Source: a virus. Taken from it: 12,027 nt of DNA. The position numbers and the translations under genes are program-made. Under the pieces are notes generated by a model. That model was not told the DNA's origin. It ran no database searches and worked only from the letters and a program-made list of their open reading frames with translations. How positions within the stretch are numbered: position 1 is the first letter of the stretch; every line of letters begins with the position of its first letter. The stretch spans positions 1 through 12,027 of IMG/VR virus record IMGVR_UViG_3300000293_000096. The stretch is one strand, 5' to 3'. Of this stretch, positions 1 to 5,709 are shown one piece after another.

Positions 1-54
1 GGACAAGAAAGAAAACCTTAACAAACAAAAATTTTAAAGTTGCAACGTTGCAAC
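1..54. repeat. Left inverted terminal repeat (ITR), 54 bp perfect
   Basis: Bases 1-54 (GGACAAGAAAGAAAACCTTAACAAACAAAAATTTTAAAGTTGCAACGTTGCAAC) are the exact reverse complement of 11974-12027. Identity stops at position 55 (C here, A expected from the right end). ITRs at both ends plus a protein-primed type PolB imply linear genome ends. Confidence 0.95.
39..54. repeat. Palindrome copy 1 (GTTGCAACGTTGCAAC), inner edge of left ITR
   Basis: Exact 16-mer that is its own reverse complement. It starts 38 bp from the genome end and is followed by 175 nt without a convincing CDS. Confidence 0.9.
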
Positions 55-170
55 CGAGGAAGCCCCGAGAGGAACACAACACTTTGCAACTCTTAAAGAT
101 TTATCAATATGGGTCAATGCACTCATGGAAAAAAGAGAAGCCCTTGAAAATATTGATATAACATTTGATG

Positions 171-199
171 TTACAACAAAACACACTGAGTTTTAATAA
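171..199 (+). promoter_or_regulatory. Weak candidate sigma-A-type promoter (TTACAA-N17-TAATAA) for the left-end operon
   Basis: TTACAA at 171-176, a 17-nt spacer, then TAATAA at 194-199. Both hexamers are imperfect, the region is AT-rich so chance matches are likely, and the -10 overlaps the loop and 3' arm of the hairpin at 182-208. Confidence 0.2.
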
Positions 200-208
200 C
201 TCAGTGTG
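182..208 (+). promoter_or_regulatory. Perfect 11-bp stem / 5-nt loop hairpin just upstream of the first gene
   Basis: CACACTGAGTT (182-192) pairs perfectly with AACTCAGTGTG (198-208), with loop TTAAT. No T-tract follows on the + strand. On the - strand it is followed by a T-rich run (complement of 170-181). It sits 21 nt upstream of the ATG at 230, immediately 5' of the SD, which is the same relative position the 16-bp palindrome occupies at other modules. Confidence 0.5.
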
Positions 209-229
209 CAGAAAGAGAGGTAAATAGAA

Positions 230-433
230 ATGAAAAAACTTTTTGTTTGTGAAATGTGTGGTAAGGTTTTTGACGATGAGCATGAAGCTAGGCGTTGTGA
301 AAGAAGTCATTTTATACCGCTGAATGTTACACCAAAGTTTTATGATGAGGGGAAAGTCATTCCCGAATTAGTAACAGTGAGTTTTGGAGTTCATGAAGAA
401 ATTTACAGACGTGTAAAGACAGATAATATATAA
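230..433 (+). CDS. Small zinc-finger protein (C-x2-C-x12-C-x3-H), putative DNA-binding or regulatory protein
   Basis: ATG at 230 with SD GAGAGG (215-220) and a 9-nt spacer; 67 aa. The N-terminus FVCEMCGKVFDDEHEARRCERSH has the spacing of a classical beta-beta-alpha C2H2 finger, with the first His replaced by Cys. First gene after the left ITR. Confidence 0.75.
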   Translation: MKKLFVCEMCGKVFDDEHEARRCERSHFIPLNVTPKFYDEGKVIPELVTVSFGVHEEIYRRVKTDNI

Positions 434-445
434 AGGGGTATACAT

Positions 446-607
446 ATGAAGATAACAATAAAATCAGTTGTGACAATTCTGCTAACAATTGTTTTTTGTC
501 TGTTATCACTTGCTGGAAAGATAACAAGTGAACAGTATATGACAGTTTTTACAACTGTTATTGCATTTTATTTCGGTACTCAGTTTTCAAAAAATGGCAG
601 GGTATAA
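446..607 (+). CDS. Small two-TM membrane protein, holin-like (not in the supplied ORF track)
   Basis: ATG at 446 with SD AAGGGG (433-438) and a 7-nt spacer; TAA at 605-607; 53 aa: MKITIKSVVTILLTIVFCLLSLAGKITSEQYMTVFTTVIAFYFGTQFSKNGRV. It has two hydrophobic segments and a short charged C-terminus, fills the gap between flanking genes exactly, and lies in the lysis cassette. Confidence 0.65.
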   Translation: MKITIKSVVTILLTIVFCLLSLAGKITSEQYMTVFTTVIAFYFGTQFSKNGRV

Positions 608-609
608 CA

Positions 610-819
610 ATGTGGGGCTCAATAATAGTTGCTGTCTTGTCTTTAATAGGTACGCTTATCGGAAGTTATTCGGGGTTTAAATTGACAGAATACAGAGTGC
701 AACAGTTAGAAAAACGAGTGGCAGAACACAACAATTTTGCAAGGCGTTTGCCAGTTGTTGAAGAGCAGATAAAGGTAATTAACCATAGATTAACAGATTT
801 AGAGGTGAGAGAAAAATGA
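610..819 (+). CDS. Holin-like protein with N-terminal TM helix plus coiled coil (BhlA/UviB-like architecture)
   Basis: ATG at 610, 69 aa. A hydrophobic N-terminus (WGSIIVAVLSLIGTLIGSYSGF) is followed by a charged helical region (EYRVQQLEKRVAEHNN...QIKVINHRLTDLE). The stop overlaps the endolysin start (ATGA at 816-819). The family assignment comes from remembered architecture only. Confidence 0.6.
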   Translation: MWGSIIVAVLSLIGTLIGSYSGFKLTEYRVQQLEKRVAEHNNFARRLPVVEEQIKVINHRLTDLEVREK

Positions 820-1484
820 CGTTTAAAGAATATATTTCTAAAAATTTAGGTAAATCAATTGATTTTGACGGAATTTACGGCTTTCAGTGTTGTGATTTAG
901 TCAATGATTATATGCAGAAATGTTTTAACGTTTTTACATATTACCCATATAATTTCAATGCTCAACAGTATTTCACTCGTTTCAATGAAGTGTCGGCACT
1001 TGTAAAGAATTTTACAAAAATTTCAAATACACCTGAGTTTGTACCAATGCAAGGTGACATTTGTGTTTTTAAGTCGTCTGACAATATCGGTCATATCTCA
1101 ATAGCAACAGGTGAGGGAAACACAAGTTATTTTTACAGTTATGACCAAAATTATAACGGACACAATTTTGTTGCAAGAGAAAAACACACTTACACTAATT
1201 TTTTAGGCGTATTAAGATACAAAGGTAATGCTCTTGACACAACAGGTCTAAAACGTGGTGATAATAATGCAGGGGTTTACGCCTACAAAATGTTACTAAA
1301 ACTAGCAAAAACTTGTAAAATAATTAGTACAAGTGTAGATTTTAACGGCATATATGGAAAAGGCACTGAAAAGGCTACAAATGAGATTTTGCGAAAACTG
1401 AAAAAGAAAGAAAACGGAATAGCAGGAGTAAAACTAATTAATGCACTTTATGAAGCTATTCTTGACAAAATAGTCAATTTTTAA
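816..1484 (+). CDS. Endolysin: N-terminal CHAP domain plus C-terminal PG_binding_1-like cell-wall binding domain
   Basis: SD GAGGTGA (802-808). The CHAP catalytic signature is Cys in GFQCCDLVNDY and His in GDICVFKSSDNIGHISIATGEGN. The C-terminus LKRGDNNAGVYAYKMLL...DFNGIYGKGTEKATNEIL...ENGIAGVKLINALYEAI fits the PG_binding_1 repeat pattern. Confidence 0.85.
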   Translation: MTFKEYISKNLGKSIDFDGIYGFQCCDLVNDYMQKCFNVFTYYPYNFNAQQYFTRFNEVSALVKNFTKISNTPEFVPMQGDICVFKSSDNIGHISIATGEGNTSYFYSYDQNYNGHNFVAREKHTYTNFLGVLRYKGNALDTTGLKRGDNNAGVYAYKMLLKLAKTCKIISTSVDFNGIYGKGTEKATNEILRKLKKKENGIAGVKLINALYEAILDKIVNF

Positions 1485-1572
1485 CATTCGGTAATACGCT
1501 TGTGAGCATTTAACAATACAACAGCAAATTGATAATAATTAACATTTATAAAATAAGAGTGCTAAACCGCTA

Positions 1573-1602
1573 TTGTTATCTAGCGTACATAGCTATTATA
1601 TA
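1573..1602 (+). promoter_or_regulatory. Candidate sigma-A-type promoter (TTGTTA-N18-TATATA) for the SSB-like gene
   Basis: TTGTTA at 1573-1578 and TATATA at 1597-1602, inside a 171-nt AT-rich intergenic region (1485-1655) that lacks the 16-bp palindrome. Identified by eye only; alternative -10 hexamers exist. Confidence 0.25.
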
Positions 1603-1655
1603 TTACGGTCACATAATATTGAACAAATTACAAAACATGGAAAGAGGTTTTAAAC

Positions 1656-1994
1656 ATGACAGGTTTTAATGTGAACATGAGCAAAAAGGATATTTTTAAC
1701 GCTAAAAGCGGAAGTATTTCAATCAAGACAGCGGAAGCAGGCGAGTGGCACACTGTTTCAGGGTGTGCGGTGGTAGAAAATGGAGGACTTGACAGGGACA
1801 AGAAGCCTTGTGATATAGGTTATATTGCAACAGATATCGGTGTGTTCGGCTTTTCGTCTAAAGTTTGCCTAGACCATATGGAAGAATTGGCAGATATTCT
1901 CAGCGATTGCCACAGTGACGGAGAGGAAGTAAAAGTTAGATTTGTAAAAGGCAAGTCAACGAACGGAGAATTTTATTCAATTCAGATACAGTAA
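1656..1994 (+). CDS. Putative single-stranded DNA-binding protein (phi29 p5-like)
   Basis: SD AAGAGG (1642-1647), 112 aa. From memory of phi29 p5 (124 aa): DIFNAKSGS resembles IFNAQTGGG, and YIATDIGVFGFSSKV...ELADIL resembles TIFAADGSLYSAISKT...DLIDLV. The C-terminal EEVKVRFVKGKSTNGEFYSIQIQ resembles ETFKVKVVQGTSSKGNVFFSLQLSL. Needs an alignment or HMM check. Confidence 0.5.
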   Translation: MTGFNVNMSKKDIFNAKSGSISIKTAEAGEWHTVSGCAVVENGGLDRDKKPCDIGYIATDIGVFGFSSKVCLDHMEELADILSDCHSDGEEVKVRFVKGKSTNGEFYSIQIQ

Positions 1995-2011
1995 ATAATA
2001 AAATCGGCATG

Positions 2012-2037
2012 ACGTGGTAACAAAAAAGTTGCCACGT
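2012..2037 (+). promoter_or_regulatory. Hairpin formed by an upstream arm (ACGTGGTAAC) and the left half of palindrome copy 2
   Basis: ACGTGGTAAC (2012-2021), loop AAAAAA, GTTGCCACGT (2028-2037): 10 bp with one G-T/G-U wobble. It lies 18 nt after the stop of the SSB-like gene. The variant C at 2033 is what allows pairing with G2016. Confidence 0.55.
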
Positions 2038-2043
2038 TGCAAC
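2028..2043. promoter_or_regulatory. Palindrome copy 2, variant GTTGCCACGTTGCAAC, 23 nt upstream of the portal start
   Basis: One substitution (A to C at motif position 6). It is followed directly by SD AAGAGGTGAG and the ATG at 2067. Confidence 0.85.
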
Positions 2044-2066
2044 CGATTGAAAGAGGTGAGAAAAAA

Positions 2067-3026
2067 ATGAGTTCAAAAGTAAAGCCGTGGGAGTGGAGTG
2101 AGTTTGGAGTATCAAACATAGACAAAACACAATTGACAAATTATTATTACAAAATGTTGTTAAATCGTGTTATCAATATGTTTACATGGAATAACTTACC
2201 AGATACCATTGACGAGCAAGTAATGAATTTTTGGCTATTTGTAACAGGGCGTGTTGTTTTTACTGAGTTCAACGGAAAACTATATGCACTAAATGGGAAT
2301 TACGGTGGTTATCCTAACGAGTATTATTTGCCTACAGAATTTATTGTTGCTAATCCAATTTTAGGAAGCAAAAATGTAAAGATAGATATTGACGGAGTTG
2401 TAATGTTCAATAGTGATACTGACAAATACCCTACACAAACAATGACAGGCGGTTTATATCCTATATTGACACTTACCGCAAATATGTTAGCTGACTGTGT
2501 AGTAACAATTTCCAGTGCGTTAAAAAATGGCAGAGTACAAACGGCATTTTTGTGTAAAGACGATACAGTGCGAATTGCAGGAGAAAAAGTTCTAAAACAG
2601 TTATATAATGGTAATCCAGCCGTTATGATTGACGACACAATTCTAAATTGTATCACGCCAATAAAAATGGCAGATAATACAAGTGTCGCTACAATTCTAC
2701 AACAGACAGTCGAAACGTATCAATTTTGGCTTGCAAATTTTTACAATTCAATCGGAGTAAATGCAAATTTTAACATGAAGAGGGAACGACTAAACACAGC
2801 AGAGGTCAATATTAATGATAGTGCGTTATTTGTAAATGTTATTAATATGTTGAATAACCGACAGCACGCGGTCAACAAAATTAATGCTATGTTTGGTACA
2901 AATATCACTGTTGAAATTTCCGATGAGTGGAAAGACTTGACAGAGGAAGAACCTACAGAAGAAGAACCTATAGAGGGAGAAAGTGAGGAAGAACCTAAAA
3001 ATGAAAAAGTTGATAACATTGAATGA
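2067..3026 (+). CDS. Portal / upper collar connector protein (phi29 gp10-like)
   Basis: I prefer ATG 2067 (SD AAGAGGTGAG at 2051-2060) over the track's TTG at 2037, which lies inside the palindrome; 319 aa. [40 protein letters not shown] parallels phi29 gp10 [57 protein letters not shown]...[16 protein letters not shown] parallels [20 protein letters not shown]...ACEKINELYGLNVKVK. The C-terminal tail is acidic, as in gp10. Confidence 0.85.
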   Translation: [319 protein letters not shown]

Positions 3027-3678
3027 ATGGGTGGAATTATTCCCCTCTATAAAGACTATTTTTGACAAGGTATCAACAGACTTAAAACTATTTACAATTT
3101 TTACATCTGCTGAGATGTTCTATTATTTTGCAGATAAGTTCGGTGAGCGTGATTTTTACAAGTATTATGATACTGAAAATGTGACAAATAATACTAATAT
3201 GGTGAAGCAGGCAAGCGACTATATAGCATTATATGGAAAATCACACAAATATGAGTATGATAAATTAGTTGATACTCTGTCATTGGAATATAATCCTATT
3301 GAAAATTATTCCATGACAGAAAAAGGAACAGATACAAGAACACCGAACATTACTCAGACAAACAAAGGAGTAAATACAAATACAGTCGGAGTTGATACGT
3401 CAATCACAACAGGAAAAACAACATTTGATAAATCAGACAGTTTTATTAATGACACAAAGACTACAAATACAGGTACAAACACCGATACACAAGATATAAA
3501 CACTACAGTTACAACAGCAGGAAACGAAAAAACTGTGCATGAATTTACAAGAAGTGGCAATATTGGAGTTACAACCTCTCAACAGATGATTGAAAGTGAA
3601 CGACAGTTAGCTATGTTTTCTGTAGTTGATTTATTCGTAAAGGCAATAGCCGATATTATTCTAATTGGTGTATATTAA
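3001..3678 (+). CDS. Putative lower collar / head-to-tail adaptor protein (gp11-position)
   Basis: ATG at 3001 with SD GAGGAAG (2985-2991); it overlaps the portal end by 26 nt; 225 aa. It lies immediately downstream of the portal, as gp11 does in phi29. A central Thr/Asn-rich stretch of about 70 aa (TDTRTPNITQTNKGVNTNTVGVDTSITTGKTT...TTVTTAGNEKT) is compatible with a long beta-hairpin tube insertion. The conserved-looking motif RSGNIGVTTSQQMIESE is near the C-terminus. The call rests on synteny and composition. Confidence 0.55.
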   Translation: MKKLITLNEWVELFPSIKTIFDKVSTDLKLFTIFTSAEMFYYFADKFGERDFYKYYDTENVTNNTNMVKQASDYIALYGKSHKYEYDKLVDTLSLEYNPIENYSMTEKGTDTRTPNITQTNKGVNTNTVGVDTSITTGKTTFDKSDSFINDTKTTNTGTNTDTQDINTTVTTAGNEKTVHEFTRSGNIGVTTSQQMIESERQLAMFSVVDLFVKAIADIILIGVY

Positions 3679-3681
3679 AAA

Positions 3682-3697
3682 GTTGCAACGTTGCAAC
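3682..3697. promoter_or_regulatory. Palindrome copy 3 (exact), 17 nt upstream of the start at 3715
   Basis: Exact GTTGCAACGTTGCAAC, 3 nt after the collar gene stop (TAA 3676-3678), preceded by an A-run and followed by SD GAGAGGA and the ATG at 3715. Confidence 0.9.
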
Positions 3698-3714
3698 TAG
3701 AAAGAGAGGAATAT

Positions 3715-4011
3715 ATGCAAAAAGTGAGAAGTCCTACATTTGCAGAGAATTACGTCAATCTTGCAAGAGCAGTTGTATTAAATGTAATTACTGACACTTT
3801 GCAACGTAAAGAAGATTTAACACACTATATTTTATATAGTGATGATTTTATGTTTTGGCTATCCCTTGCCAATTGGCTAGATTATGAAAATGTTATTAAA
3901 GATAAATTTTCACGTTTCAAAGGGATTGACAGAACAATAAGAAAAAAATTAAATACTTATTATCGCATAAAAGGCGAGGAAATGAAAGCGAGGAAAAATT
4001 ATGAAAGTTAA
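3715..4011 (+). CDS. Hypothetical protein; positional candidate for scaffolding protein (gp7 position)
   Basis: I prefer ATG 3715 (SD GAGAGGA at 3704-3710) over the track's TTG at 3691 inside the palindrome; 98 aa. It lies directly upstream of the major capsid gene and overlaps it by 11 nt, as phi29 gp7 (also 98 aa) precedes gp8. I recognise no sequence motif. Confidence 0.55.
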   Translation: MQKVRSPTFAENYVNLARAVVLNVITDTLQRKEDLTHYILYSDDFMFWLSLANWLDYENVIKDKFSRFKGIDRTIRKKLNTYYRIKGEEMKARKNYES

Positions 4012-5137
4012 GCAGATTGCAACTATTTTGAATGAAGCTCAGAAAGAAATTGTCGGTGAAACAGCCATAACAACGGAAAGTCTTGAAAATGTTGTTGATA
4101 TGGGTAAGCAGATACTTGAAGCAACAGATGTTGACAATTATGTCCGCAAGCTTATCGATAAAGTCGGACGTATGATTTTTGTTGACAGAGTTTATAACTC
4201 TACAGCCCCCGATATACTTGCCGACGGGTGGGAATATGGTTCAGCAATGCAGAAAGTTCGTTGCGAAATGCCAGATGCAGTTGAGAACGATAGCTGGAAG
4301 CTGACAAGCGGGCAGAGTTATGACCCATTTGTTTTTACCGCACCCGATGTACAGTCAAAATTTTATGACAGCAAGGTAACATATGAAGTGCAGATGTCAT
4401 TTACAGAAATGCAGGTAAAGAGTGCATTTAATTCTCCTACCGAAATGAATAGCTTTTTTGCTATGATTGAAAATCGTATCAGATTTAAGCTCACTCTGTC
4501 AAACGATATACTTAAAACACGCACTATCAATAATCTCATTGCGGAGAAGATACATAGTAAAAACAACGTTGTAAATCTTCTGACAATGTACAATGCAGAA
4601 TTTACAAAAACACTGACCGCAAGTCATGCACTTATGGACAAAGACTTTCTGAGATATGCTATCGGTAAAATAAAGGAGTATATTAAGTATATTCAGCGTC
4701 CGTCAACACTGTTTAATGACGGCGGATATACCACATTCACCCCCGAGAGTGACATGAAAATGGTTCTGCTGTCAAGATTTGTAAATACCGCTGAGGTGTA
4801 TTTGCAGAGCGACACATTCCACAATGACCTTGTAAAGCTGAGTGGCTATTCAGAAGTACCTTATTGGCAAGGTAGCGGAAATAGTGAGAATTTTGATTTT
4901 GCAGAAATTTCAAAAATTAATGTTACAACCGCAAGCGGTAACGCAGTTACTCAGGCAGGCATTATTGGCACTATTTTTGACAAGGACGCTTGTATGATTT
5001 GTAACGCAAATCCGAGAGTTACAAGTATTTACAACCCAAAGGGCGAGTACTGGAATTATTTCTATAAGTATGATGCAAGCTATTTCAATGATACAATGGA
5101 AAATTGTATAGTATTTATAGTCGCAGACGCTGGATAA
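4001..5137 (+). CDS. Major capsid protein (phi29 gp8-like, HK97 fold)
   Basis: SD GAGGA (3990-3994), 378 aa. The C-terminal IYNPKGEYWNYFYKYDASYFNDTMENCIVFIVAD parallels phi29 gp8 [34 protein letters not shown]. The N-terminal IATILNEAQKEIVGETA...VVDMGKQIL is typical of this capsid family. Confidence 0.85.
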   Translation: MKVKQIATILNEAQKEIVGETAITTESLENVVDMGKQILEATDVDNYVRKLIDKVGRMIFVDRVYNSTAPDILADGWEYGSAMQKVRCEMPDAVENDSWKLTSGQSYDPFVFTAPDVQSKFYDSKVTYEVQMSFTEMQVKSAFNSPTEMNSFFAMIENRIRFKLTLSNDILKTRTINNLIAEKIHSKNNVVNLLTMYNAEFTKTLTASHALMDKDFLRYAIGKIKEYIKYIQRPSTLFNDGGYTTFTPESDMKMVLLSRFVNTAEVYLQSDTFHNDLVKLSGYSEVPYWQGSGNSENFDFAEISKINVTTASGNAVTQAGIIGTIFDKDACMICNANPRVTSIYNPKGEYWNYFYKYDASYFNDTMENCIVFIVADAG

Positions 5138-5160
5138 CAGCATAACAAAATAATAGTTAA

Positions 5161-5191
5161 AACGTGGTAACTTGAAAATAGTTGCCACGTT
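5161..5191 (+). promoter_or_regulatory. Hairpin formed by an upstream arm (AACGTGGTAAC) and the left half of palindrome copy 4
   Basis: AACGTGGTAAC (5161-5171), loop TTGAAAATA, GTTGCCACGTT (5181-5191): 11 bp with one G-T/G-U wobble. It lies 24 nt after the capsid stop and has the same composite architecture as 2012-2043. Confidence 0.55.
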
Positions 5192-5196
5192 GCAAC
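5181..5196. promoter_or_regulatory. Palindrome copy 4, variant GTTGCCACGTTGCAAC, 19 nt upstream of the start at 5216
   Basis: Same A-to-C variant as copy 2. ATA/TAT flanks extend the symmetry. It is followed by SD AAGGGGTGA and the ATG at 5216. Confidence 0.85.
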
Positions 5197-5215
5197 TATA
5201 TAAGGGGTGATAAAA

Positions 5216-5707
5216 ATGCCAATTATAACAACTTATCAATGTTCGCAAGACGTGCGAACAATTCAAAAAACCTTAACAAATGCAATTGATTATAATTGTG
5301 AAATACTGGACACTATGAACAGTTTTTCACCACACATAAGATTATTTTGCACATCTGAAACGTTCAACGCAAATATGGCGTATATACCATTTTTTGATAG
5401 ATATTATCATATAATTTCGGCAGACGCTGAGAGTGCTGAAACAATTATTTTACAATGTGAATTTGATATTTTTACCTATTCAACAGCATTACTAAACAGC
5501 ACATTTCTAATAACTAGAAATGAAAACATCGGCAGTACATACATCCCCGATACAATGTTACCATTAAAAGGTAGTAAAGAAATGAAAGTAATTGAGTTTA
5601 CTGGCGGTGATTTTAACCTAGACACAGCCACAGCAAATAGTTACAATTTTGTGCTAAATGTGGCAGGCGGTGGCAGTAATCAGGGAACAGCGGAGAATGG
5701 GGGATAA
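5216..5707 (+). CDS. Structural protein resembling the N-terminal domain of the phi29 gp9 tail knob
   Basis: I prefer ATG 5216 (SD AAGGGGTG at 5202-5209) over the track's GTG at 5207; 163 aa. NMAYIPFFDRYYHIISADAESAETIILQCEFDIFTYSTALLNSTFLITRNE parallels gp9 residues [44 protein letters not shown]...ESFIVRE (pattern recalled from memory). The C-terminus is Gly-rich. Confidence 0.45.
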   Translation: MPIITTYQCSQDVRTIQKTLTNAIDYNCEILDTMNSFSPHIRLFCTSETFNANMAYIPFFDRYYHIISADAESAETIILQCEFDIFTYSTALLNSTFLITRNENIGSTYIPDTMLPLKGSKEMKVIEFTGGDFNLDTATANSYNFVLNVAGGGSNQGTAENGG

Positions 5708-5709
5708 AA

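Noticed and set aside
84-161. 25-aa mini-ORF (TTG start at 84, preceded by GAGAGGAA at 67-74) in the left non-coding region; also shorter ATG mini-ORFs at 109, 117 and 125
   Set aside because: They are too short, have non-ATG or SD-less starts, and have no supporting features. They are retained only as a caveat to the non-coding interpretation of 55-229.
104-310. 68-aa minus-strand ORF spanning the left non-coding region and the start of the first gene
   Set aside because: No SD. It runs antisense across the well-supported 230-433 gene and its RBS. The composition is that of an AT-rich shadow ORF (Phe/Leu/Lys/Asn-rich), and it would read outward into the ITR.
2037-2066. N-terminal extensions in the ORF track that start at TTG or GTG within or next to the palindrome, or far upstream (2037, 3691, 5207, 11980; also 2983, 7776, 10462)
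   Set aside because: In each case a downstream ATG (2067, 3715, 5216, 11959, 3001, 7836, 10552) has a properly spaced GGAGG-type SD. The extended starts have none, or would overlap the upstream gene extensively. The TTGs at 2037, 3691 and 11980 are simply part of the repeated motif.
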